From an uncultured Gammaproteobacteria bacterium (GTDB lineage: Bacteria > Pseudomonadota > Gammaproteobacteria > Arenicellales > Poriferihabitantaceae), in contig CALKKV010000009.1 in NCBI GenBank assembly GCA_937992195.1, positions 9,832-73,831 of the forward strand: a stretch of 64,000 bases of DNA. Reading direction: 5' to 3'. The notes under the pieces are model-generated. The model was not told the origin of the DNA. It ran no database searches and was given only the letters and a program-made list of their open reading frames with translations. Below, one piece after another: positions 10,731 through 18,108 of this stretch (positions within the stretch are counted from its first letter, which is position 1; every line of letters starts with the position of its first letter). Position numbers and translations under genes: made by a program.

Positions 10731-11288
10731 ATGCGAAATGTAAGTTCATATGTCGTTGTTCTATTTCTGAGCGTTGCGATTGTGGGTTGTGGGGGCCGTA
10801 AGGCTGTAGATCGAGATATCGATGTTGATGCAGTCGACGGCGTAGGCGGTGTGAGTACCTCCGGTCTTGACGGCAGCGGCACAAGTACCAGTGGCCTGGA
10901 TGATGGCACTACTGGCATCGGTAACGCCATAGGAGCTGGTGGGCCAGAAGGCGAGTTGCTCAGTAAGCGCGTAGTCTATTTTGATTACAACAGCAGTCTG
11001 CTGACTTTAGAGAGCGAAGCAATCGTTCAAGCTCATGCTGATTTTCTTGCTAACAATCCGGGTGTGCAAATTATTCTCGAAGGTCATGCTGATGAACGAG
11101 GCACCCGCGAGTACAACTTAGCATTAGGTGAAGATCGCGCTAAATCTGTTGCTCAGGTAATGGAAGCGTTGAGTGTGTCTGGAGGCAGAATTCAAAACGT
11201 CTCTTATGGTGAAGAGCGTCCCGTTGCATTAGGCTATGACGAAGCAGCGTTCGCACTAAATCGTAGAGTTGAGATTCTTTACCAATAG
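10731..11288 (+). CDS. pal: Peptidoglycan-associated lipoprotein Pal (OmpA-like domain)
   Basis: Lipobox AIVGC and OmpA-C motifs (VYFDYNSS, EGHADERGTREYNLALGEDRA, NRRVEI). Confidence 0.93.
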   Translation: MRNVSSYVVVLFLSVAIVGCGGRKAVDRDIDVDAVDGVGGVSTSGLDGSGTSTSGLDDGTTGIGNAIGAGGPEGELLSKRVVYFDYNSSLLTLESEAIVQAHADFLANNPGVQIILEGHADERGTREYNLALGEDRAKSVAQVMEALSVSGGRIQNVSYGEERPVALGYDEAAFALNRRVEILYQ

Positions 11289-11363
11289 ATATTGATAGAT
11301 GGTCTAGATTCGTGTTCCCGGATATACCCTATACTCGGGAACACGATATTCTTTTCCTTCTCT

Positions 11364-12374
11364 ATGAATCGAAAAAATTGTTCAACTATGAAGTCTATCA
11401 GTGTGATTAATTCGTTTTCCCCTCGTTTGAAATCAACAATCGTTGTTGCAACTTTGGTTACTTTAACCGGATGTGGAGGGAATCGGACTCAGCCCCAAGT
11501 AATCGATACTTCAGCACCACCACCTGCACCGAGTCAGCAGAATGTAGAGATGATTCGTGCTCTATCCGAGCTGACTGCTTTGAAGGAAGATTTGAAGCAG
11601 ATGCGTAACTCAGTAGAACAAATGCAGTTTCAACAAGAAAATGCGACGCGAAGACAAGAGGATCTGTTCCAGGATATCGACAGGAGGCTTTTGAGTCTTG
11701 AAGATCGTGTAGAAAACGTTTCCCAGGTATCAGGCAGCCCTGTAACCGATCCCAATGCGCCTGTCTTTGTTGATCCCAATAGTGGTCAGCTATTGGTCGA
11801 GGGTCAAACCGGAACAGGAATCTCTGCGGCCAATCAAGTTGGTCAGGTAAGCGGGCAAGCTGCTGGTTCTGGTTCGCAGGTCGACACTGTGACCGTAGTT
11901 GATGCTGCGCCCTCCCTGTCTTCTGCGGACACTAACCAGGCTGCCAGCCAGACTTCTGCTAATACTACGGGTGCGACCAGTGTATCGCTTTCTGAGCAAC
12001 AGGCGTATGAAGCGGCATTTGATTTACTTAAACAAAGCCGTTACGAAGATGCAATCAAACAATTTGATGCGCTGGTCAATACCTGGCCAAATGGTGAGCT
12101 TGCCGATGATTCACTGTACTGGAAATCCGAAGCAAATTATGTGAATCGCGAGTTTGAAGCTGCCCTGCAAGGATTTCGTAGTATTGTAGAACGCTATCCG
12201 GATAGTTCGCGATTACCGGAAGCAATGCTCAAAGTAGGTTATATCCAGTACGATATTGGTGCCTATGATCAGGCAGCGGCAACATTTCAGGATATTCTCA
12301 CTCGATTTCCTGGGCACCAGGTAACTGTTTCGGCGGATACACGGCTGCGGAGAATTCAGCAAACGATCCAGTAA
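11364..12374 (+). CDS. cpoB: Cell division coordinator CpoB (YbgF), TPR-like C-terminal domain
   Basis: Last gene of the tol-pal operon. It has a coiled-coil N-region and C-terminal YbgF repeats (AYEAAFDLLK...YEDAI, DSLYW, EAMLKVGY). The start is uncertain, with ATG at 11364 or 11388; the ORF-track TTG at 11292 is unlikely. Confidence 0.82.
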   Translation: MNRKNCSTMKSISVINSFSPRLKSTIVVATLVTLTGCGGNRTQPQVIDTSAPPPAPSQQNVEMIRALSELTALKEDLKQMRNSVEQMQFQQENATRRQEDLFQDIDRRLLSLEDRVENVSQVSGSPVTDPNAPVFVDPNSGQLLVEGQTGTGISAANQVGQVSGQAAGSGSQVDTVTVVDAAPSLSSADTNQAASQTSANTTGATSVSLSEQQAYEAAFDLLKQSRYEDAIKQFDALVNTWPNGELADDSLYWKSEANYVNREFEAALQGFRSIVERYPDSSRLPEAMLKVGYIQYDIGAYDQAAATFQDILTRFPGHQVTVSADTRLRRIQQTIQ

Positions 12375-12513
12375 AATCATGAATTGATAGGCCGCGTACT
12401 ATCTTAATTGTTGTTTGTGCCTCGCTGGATACCGGTCGCGAAGTGGGCAATCTGAGCTCGACGTCAAATTTCGCAAAATTTTAAATTTTCCTCCGCAATT
12501 TTCATCTGTTTAT

Positions 12514-12542
12514 TTGACACAGTAGAGCCTTAACAGGATAAT
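12514..12542 (+). promoter_or_regulatory. Near-consensus sigma70 promoter for tRNA-Lys (TTGACA-17 nt-GATAAT) with GC-rich discriminator
   Basis: TTGACA at 12514-12519, a 17-nt spacer and GATAAT at 12537-12542. This is followed by cgcgcatcc and lies about 15 nt upstream of the mature tRNA 5' end. Confidence 0.6.
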
Positions 12543-12557
12543 CGCGCATCCTTCAGA

Positions 12558-12633
12558 GGGGCGTTAGCTCAGTTGGTAGAGCAGTTGACTTTTAATCAAT
12601 TGGTCGCAGGTTCGAATCCTGCACGCCCCACCA
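12558..12633 (+). tRNA. tRNA-Lys (anticodon UUU), CCA encoded
   Basis: Folded by hand. Acceptor GGGGCGT/ACGCCCC, D arm GCTC-AGTTGGTA-GAGC, anticodon arm GTTGA-CTTTTAA-TCAAT, T arm GCAGG-TTCGAAT-CCTGC, discriminator A plus CCA. 76 nt. Confidence 0.97.
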
Positions 12634-12815
12634 TATTTTTCCTTATCTTGGCAAAAAATATGGCGCCGATACCTCATATCCCCTCGCTAGTCGGCCAGCT
12701 TTTTGGTGGTTCCTCTATTTGAGCACTTACTAACTCCCTGGTATCAAATCGCTGCGGGTTGAATGCTGTCGAGTTTGCAAGTAATGCCAACTGGAGCTCG
12801 GCTCTTTTTGCAGAC

Positions 12816-12844
12816 AAAAAAAGAGCAGCGATCAACACTGCTCT
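12816..12844 (-). terminator. Rho-independent terminator downstream of the HU-like gene
   Basis: On the - strand: AGAGCAG-tgttgatcg-CTGCTCT followed by TTTTTT, about 40 nt after the stop at 12884. Confidence 0.55.
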
Positions 12845-12883
12845 CTCATACAACCCTGATTGGGTCGCAATGGCAATGAAAAA

Positions 12884-13210
12884 TTACACAGCCATGTCTT
12901 TCAGGTTCTTCAGAGCAAGAACTTTAACACGGCGGCTAGCAGGCTTTGCTGCAACATCCATAGTTTCGCCAGGACGAAACGGATTAGGTACGCCTTTTCG
13001 TGCTTTAGTAGCAGGCTTCTTTACTACTGAGATCTTGAACATACCGGGCATTTTAAAAACACCACAAGCACGTGGCTTGATATGAGCATGAATTAGGTCA
13101 CCAAGTGTTTCAATTACGGCTTTAACATCTTTGCGCGAAAGCTCTGTGTCTTCAGCCAAGGTGTTGATGATTTGCGATTTTGTCAACGGATCTGAGTAAG
13201 TTTTTTTCAT
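12884..13210 (-). CDS. HU/IHF-family DNA-binding protein (108 aa, monocistronic)
   Basis: The sequence from MKKTYSDPLTKSQII...LSRKDVKAVIETL has the HU N-terminal helices. The beta-arm is ARKGVPNPFRPGETMDVAAKPA (R-x-G-x-NP-x-x-GE pattern). The ORF-track start 13360 adds 50 non-homologous residues, so the ATG at 13210 is preferred. Confidence 0.8.
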   Translation of the reverse strand: MKKTYSDPLTKSQIINTLAEDTELSRKDVKAVIETLGDLIHAHIKPRACGVFKMPGMFKISVVKKPATKARKGVPNPFRPGETMDVAAKPASRRVKVLALKNLKDMAV

Positions 13211-13343
13211 TGCAGCTATAAGTAAGTGGGGGTTGTTAGAAACGTGATGAATTGTAATAGAAGTGCGCAGGAAGTGCAGCAAAAAAACGCAGAAAACCTT
13301 TAAATAAAGGCAAATTGACGCAACTAGTTTAGCATCCTGCTTG

Positions 13344-13373
13344 TTGACAAATAGCAACATTCCTCTTTAAGAT
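13344..13373 (+). promoter_or_regulatory. Candidate sigma70 promoter (TTGACA-18 nt-TAAGAT) facing the flavin reductase operon
   Basis: TTGACA at 13344-13349 and TAAGAT at 13368-13373. This would give a leader of about 375 nt before the ATG at 13756. Sequence match only. Confidence 0.3.
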
Positions 13374-13755
13374 CGAAGTTAACTCAAGTCGACAGGCAGT
13401 GAGTTTAAACAGGAAGCAGTTTGCAATTTGCGAACAAGAAACAGGAAACGAACTTAAGATACTTTGAAAAGTTATTAGAAGACTTTTGCAAAAGTGTCTT
13501 ATGGGCGTTTGTTGAAGTGATATCTAGGTTTGTTCCTGGAGCACTGTTGCTTTCGAGGTGTGTGTCAACGTATTTGGTTCCGAGCAAGCCGACTATCGGG
13601 AGATTGTATTTACTCCCTCGGTTTGCATATTTGAATATTCGGAGGCAAGCATGTTGCGCTGCCCCAAACTGATTAAATAGTCTAATGTTAATACTTCTAA
13701 AGAATATTAACCCTGCCTTGAGACGTCTGACCTTCCAAAGCCTCAGACTTATAGA

Positions 13756-14715
13756 ATGGGTTCGATCATGAGTGCCACATTTGATCTTCGCGAGTTGAGA
13801 AATGCATTTGGTACTTTTATGACCGGCGTCACTGTCATCACTACTCGAGAAAGCGGAGGAATCCCGCGGGGATTCACTGCCAATTCGTTTTGTTCCGTTT
13901 CACTCGACCCTCCACTTGTTTCCGTATGTATTGCTAAAACCGCCGAAAGTACAGAGGTTTTTACTTCTTCCGGTCATTTTGCGATCAACATACTTGCGGA
14001 AAATCAGACCGAGACTTCTGGAATATTTGCTTCAAGACGTGCTGATAAATTTGATGTCACTCCCTGGAGAAACAGTGAAGAAAATAGTCCGATTCTAGAG
14101 GGCGTATGTGCATGGTTCGACTGTTCTGTCGTGCAACAAGTTGATGCTGGAGACCACGTTATTCTGATTGGAGGGGTAAAGAGCTTTGACTATAACGATC
14201 AAAACGGTTTGGGTTACGTGCGTGGAGGTTATGTTTCGTTAGGCCTGGAGCAGGCGGCGGTAAACGCAGCAGCTGAAGAGTCGGGCGTAGTTGTCGGTGC
14301 ATTGGTGGAATGTGGCGGCAAATTGTTACTCGAACAAAATCCAGAAAATGGTCGGTATCACCCTGTTGCAAGTGGCCTTGGTGCGACTCAAGGATCGATC
14401 AGTCGATTGACAGATCGCTTGGATAAGTTGGAGATTGGCGCGGTCGTCAATTCATTATATGCAGTTTTTGAAGGTGATACTCACGAGCGCCACAATATTT
14501 ACTACCGTGCTACTGCGGAACAAGAAGGGAACGCGACGTTTTATGCACCAGATGATATTCCCTGGGATTATCTCGAGTCGGATGCAATCCGAACGATGTT
14601 AAAACGTTACCTCAAGGAGACACTTGAACAACGTTATGGCATTTATTTTGGCGGAGAAGAGAAAGGCCGTGTAGAGACAACTGAATCGACGAAAGTAGGG
14701 GAGAGAGAACAATGA
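13756..14715 (+). CDS. Flavin reductase domain protein with about 150-aa C-terminal extension of unknown function
   Basis: The N-terminal half matches the flavin reductase (HpaC/RutF-like) family: FGTFMTGVTVITT...GFTANSFCSVSLDPPLVSVCI...GDHVILIG. The C-terminal half was not recognised. Confidence 0.8.
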   Translation: MGSIMSATFDLRELRNAFGTFMTGVTVITTRESGGIPRGFTANSFCSVSLDPPLVSVCIAKTAESTEVFTSSGHFAINILAENQTETSGIFASRRADKFDVTPWRNSEENSPILEGVCAWFDCSVVQQVDAGDHVILIGGVKSFDYNDQNGLGYVRGGYVSLGLEQAAVNAAAEESGVVVGALVECGGKLLLEQNPENGRYHPVASGLGATQGSISRLTDRLDKLEIGAVVNSLYAVFEGDTHERHNIYYRATAEQEGNATFYAPDDIPWDYLESDAIRTMLKRYLKETLEQRYGIYFGGEEKGRVETTESTKVGEREQ

Positions 14716-15782
14716 GCAAGCAAAAGAAGATTTCAAGAATGCGGTTCTCCCTGTTTGCGCATATGGAAAGATATGAAGCCGAGCAAGATCATCGCCAGCT
14801 CTACGAAGAGTTTCTCTCGCTCTGCGAAATTGCGGACAAAGGCGGTTTTTCTGCAATCTGGACTGGCGAACATCATGGAATGGATTTTACCATCGCACCA
14901 AACCCGTTCATTCCATTGGTTGATCTGGCGGCGCGTACAAAAAATGTTCGATTGGGAACGGCGACAGTCATCGCACCTTTTTGGCATCCGATAAAACTGG
15001 CTGGGGAAGGAGCCATGGCCGACGTGGTGACGAATGGACGAATTGATATTAGTTTGTCTCGGGGTGCTTATGAGTTTGAATATGAAAGACTATCTCCGGG
15101 TCTGGATGCTTGGGTTGCGGGAGAGAAATTACGGGAAATCGTACCCGCCATTCAACAAATTTGGCAGGGTGACTATGCGCATGAAGGTAAGCATTGGCAG
15201 TTTCCGGCAACTACTTCCGCTCCCAAACCGGTGCAGCAGCCTCATCCGCCAATTTGGATAGCCGCTCGCGATCCAAATAGTCATGAGTTTGCGGTTGCCA
15301 ATGGCTGCAATGTTCAGGTTACACCGCTGTGGCAAGGCGATGAAGAAGTAGAAAATCTGATGCAGAAATTTAATGATGCTCTTGAAAAAAACCCGGGGGT
15401 TGCGCGGCCGGAAATCATGTTATGTCGACATACTTATGTGGCAGAAACAGAAGCTGAACTAGAGGCTGGTGCAAAAGCGCTCAGTGACTTCTATTGTGTG
15501 TTTGGCGCCTGGTTCAAGAATGATCGGCCGGTGGAGAATGCGCGCATCCAGCCGCTGGATGAAGAAGAAAAGGCTGCAATAGATATGTTCTCTCCGGATA
15601 AAATGCGTGCAAATCACGTGGTTGGTACGCCATCTGAAGTGATTAAAAGGCTTAAGACAATAGAAGCTCTGGGTTACGATGAGTATTCAGTGTGGTTGGA
15701 CAATAGTATGTCATTCGAGTTGAAGAAACGGACGCTAGAACTCTTTGTTAAAGAGGTAATACCTGCTTTTTCAGCTAACTAG
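14712..15782 (+). CDS. LLM-class (luciferase-like) flavin-dependent monooxygenase
   Basis: MRFSLFAH...GGFSAIWTGEHHG...PNPFIPL...RLGTATV is the typical LLM N-terminus. The ATG overlaps the upstream stop (ATGA). Confidence 0.85.
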   Translation: MSKQKKISRMRFSLFAHMERYEAEQDHRQLYEEFLSLCEIADKGGFSAIWTGEHHGMDFTIAPNPFIPLVDLAARTKNVRLGTATVIAPFWHPIKLAGEGAMADVVTNGRIDISLSRGAYEFEYERLSPGLDAWVAGEKLREIVPAIQQIWQGDYAHEGKHWQFPATTSAPKPVQQPHPPIWIAARDPNSHEFAVANGCNVQVTPLWQGDEEVENLMQKFNDALEKNPGVARPEIMLCRHTYVAETEAELEAGAKALSDFYCVFGAWFKNDRPVENARIQPLDEEEKAAIDMFSPDKMRANHVVGTPSEVIKRLKTIEALGYDEYSVWLDNSMSFELKKRTLELFVKEVIPAFSAN

Positions 15783-15788
15783 GCAACC

Positions 15789-16592
15789 ATGACAAACTCA
15801 CTTTTCGCAAGTGACGGGACGTGCTATCAGCTGTATGGCGATACGACTTTACAGCCAGTTGTTGTGCTGGTTCATGGTGTTGGGCTGAATCAGGATCTTT
15901 GGCGTGATTGGGCGGCGGCTTTACAAGGCCAATATGCTGTTGTTTGTTTTGATCTGCTGGGCCATGGACAAAGTCCTAATCCCCCAGAAGATCGCACCCT
16001 TGATGACTTTTCACGGCAATTGGACACGTTAATCTCTGAGCTCGGGATACAGCGATATCATCTGGTAGGATTTTCTCTTGGTGCATTAATCTCGCTCTAC
16101 AAGGCGGTGCAAACGCCTGATCGGTTGTTATCTCTCGTTTTGTTGCATAGCGTGTTTGAGCGATCTGAAGAACAGCTGGCAGCGATTGAGTCGCGTTATG
16201 AGCTAACGCGTGAAAAAGGTCCGATGGCAACGGTTGAAGTGGCAATTAAACGCTGGTTCTCTACTGAATGGATCAATCGAAATCCAGAAAAAGTCGAGTC
16301 CATTCGACAAGTATTTCGCGCCCATACTGACGATGGCTATCTCAAGGCTTATCGTGTTTTTTGTGATGCAGATGATGAAATAGCGCAACTTGATTTGGCA
16401 AATATTGGATGCAACAGTTTAATGATTACCGGTTCTCTCGAACCGGGATCAACTCCGGCTATGTCGGAGTCGTTAGCGCAAAAACTGGGCGGAGACGTCA
16501 TTATTAACGAGGGTCATTTACATATGGCGCTGGTGGAGCACGCCAGTGTATTGATGACCCAGGTCATGCAATTTATGGAGCAATCGAAATGA
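15789..16592 (+). CDS. Alpha/beta-fold hydrolase
   Basis: HG oxyanion motif (VVLVHGVGLN) and nucleophile elbow GFSLGA. 267 aa. Confidence 0.8.
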   Translation: MTNSLFASDGTCYQLYGDTTLQPVVVLVHGVGLNQDLWRDWAAALQGQYAVVCFDLLGHGQSPNPPEDRTLDDFSRQLDTLISELGIQRYHLVGFSLGALISLYKAVQTPDRLLSLVLLHSVFERSEEQLAAIESRYELTREKGPMATVEVAIKRWFSTEWINRNPEKVESIRQVFRAHTDDGYLKAYRVFCDADDEIAQLDLANIGCNSLMITGSLEPGSTPAMSESLAQKLGGDVIINEGHLHMALVEHASVLMTQVMQFMEQSK

Positions 16593-18064
16593 AGCAATAT
16601 CAACACTATATCAATGGCGATTGGTGCGCTGCATCTGATGGCGGAATAATCGAAAGTATTAACCCCGCTACTGAAGAGAAATGGGCGACATTTCCCGCTG
16701 CTACGGAAGACGATGTGAATAGAGCAGTAGAGGCTGCATGGATGGCGTTGTATGAAGGTCCTTGGGGGAAAACTGGCGCAACTGCCAGAGGGAAGATGAT
16801 GCGACGGTTGGGTGATCTTGTGCGTGAACGTGCGGAGTTTCTCGGGGAAGTGGAAACTACTGACAGTGGCAAGCTCGCGAAAGAGACCCGCAGCCAGACT
16901 GCCTATGTTGCAGACTATTATGATTACTTTGCCGGCCTCGCAGACAAAATTGAGGGCAAAACACTACCGATTGATAAGCCGGATATGCATGTTTTTACAA
17001 CACGCGAACCGATTGGCGTCGTTGCAGCTATTGTTCCATGGAATGCGCAAATGTTCCTTACCGCAACCAAACTCGGTCCCGCCCTTGCCGCTGGTAATTC
17101 GGTGGTAATCAAAGCATCGGAAGAAGCACCGATTGCGATGTACGAATTTGCCAAGCTGGTTGAAGAAGCGGGTTTCCCGCCGGGGGTGGTCAACGTTATT
17201 AGCGGCCGAGGAGAACCCTGCGGCAGAGCGCTGACCAGCCATCCAAAAGTTGCAAGAGTTGCGTTTACCGGGGGACCGGAAACGGCGTCTCATGTGATTG
17301 CGAATACAGCGAATAACTATGCTGTGGTTTCACTTGAGTTAGGCGGTAAGTCACCGATTCTGGTGTTTGATGATGCGGATTTGGAAAGTGCGGTAAACGG
17401 TATCATCGCCGGTAACTTTGGTGCCTCCGGGCAAAGCTGTGTTGCCGGTTCGAGGGTTTTTATTCAGTCAGGTATTCACAAAGAGGTGCTAGCGGAGCTA
17501 AAGAACCGTGCTGGCCAAATCATTGTTGGAGATCCGTTAGCGGAGGATACCCAGGTGGGTCCGCTGGCTACTAAAGCGCAAATAGAACGTATCAAAAATG
17601 CGGTGGGAAAAGTAGAGCAGCAGGGAGCGTCGATTGTTACAGGTGGGCAACAACCGAAGCATCTAAAAAAGGGCTTTTACTACTCCCCAACTATCGTTGA
17701 CTGTCCGCATCAGAATATCGAGACGGTAGAGAATGAAATGTTTGGTCCGGTAATGAGTACTCTACAATTCGATACTGAAGAGCAGGGAATTATGCTAGCG
17801 AATGACACACGATTCGGTCTGGGTTCGGGCGTGTTTACCCGGGATGTGGCCCGGGCGCATCGCGTAAGTCAACAAATTCGGTCGGGTATTGTTTGGGTGA
17901 ATACCTATCGCGTAATTTCTCCAATCGCGCCCTTTGGTGGTTTTGGTCATAGTGGATTTGGTAGAGAGGCAGGTGTTGATTCCATTGAAGACTACACGCG
18001 AACAAAGACTACCTGGATTAATACTTCCAGTGAGCCAATGGCGAACCCGTTTGTGATGCGTTGA
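16589..18064 (+). CDS. NAD(P)-dependent aldehyde dehydrogenase
   Basis: ALDH signatures VSLELGGKSP and GQSCVAGSR (catalytic Cys), plus EMFGPV. The ATG overlaps the hydrolase stop (ATGA). Confidence 0.92.
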   Translation: MKQYQHYINGDWCAASDGGIIESINPATEEKWATFPAATEDDVNRAVEAAWMALYEGPWGKTGATARGKMMRRLGDLVRERAEFLGEVETTDSGKLAKETRSQTAYVADYYDYFAGLADKIEGKTLPIDKPDMHVFTTREPIGVVAAIVPWNAQMFLTATKLGPALAAGNSVVIKASEEAPIAMYEFAKLVEEAGFPPGVVNVISGRGEPCGRALTSHPKVARVAFTGGPETASHVIANTANNYAVVSLELGGKSPILVFDDADLESAVNGIIAGNFGASGQSCVAGSRVFIQSGIHKEVLAELKNRAGQIIVGDPLAEDTQVGPLATKAQIERIKNAVGKVEQQGASIVTGGQQPKHLKKGFYYSPTIVDCPHQNIETVENEMFGPVMSTLQFDTEEQGIMLANDTRFGLGSGVFTRDVARAHRVSQQIRSGIVWVNTYRVISPIAPFGGFGHSGFGREAGVDSIEDYTRTKTTWINTSSEPMANPFVMR

Positions 18065-18108
18065 TTAGTCGAAATACCGGAACCGTCAGTTGTGCCGCAG
18101 CAATACGC

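Noticed and set aside
12631-12663. Hairpin CCATATTTTT-N12-AAAAATATGG overlapping the tRNA CCA end as a terminator
   Set aside because: The stem is all A/T and no U-tract follows. It is a weak structure and not reported as a terminator.
12759-13085. 108-aa + strand ORF overlapping the HU-like gene
   Set aside because: It is the mirror frame of the HU-family CDS. It has a TTG start and no motif, whereas the - strand product has the HU arm signature and its own terminator.
14250-14715. Calling the C-terminal half of the flavin reductase fusion a Nudix hydrolase
   Set aside because: No canonical Nudix box (GX5EX7REUXEEXGU) could be located. The resemblance is limited to a beta-strand pattern, so the domain is left unassigned.
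12558-18064. tRNA-Lys-associated genomic island
   Set aside because: There is no integrase, excisionase or phage/ICE gene. By eye I found no direct repeat of the tRNA 3' end downstream. The tRNA position after cpoB is ancestral. It is kept only as a weak boundary note.
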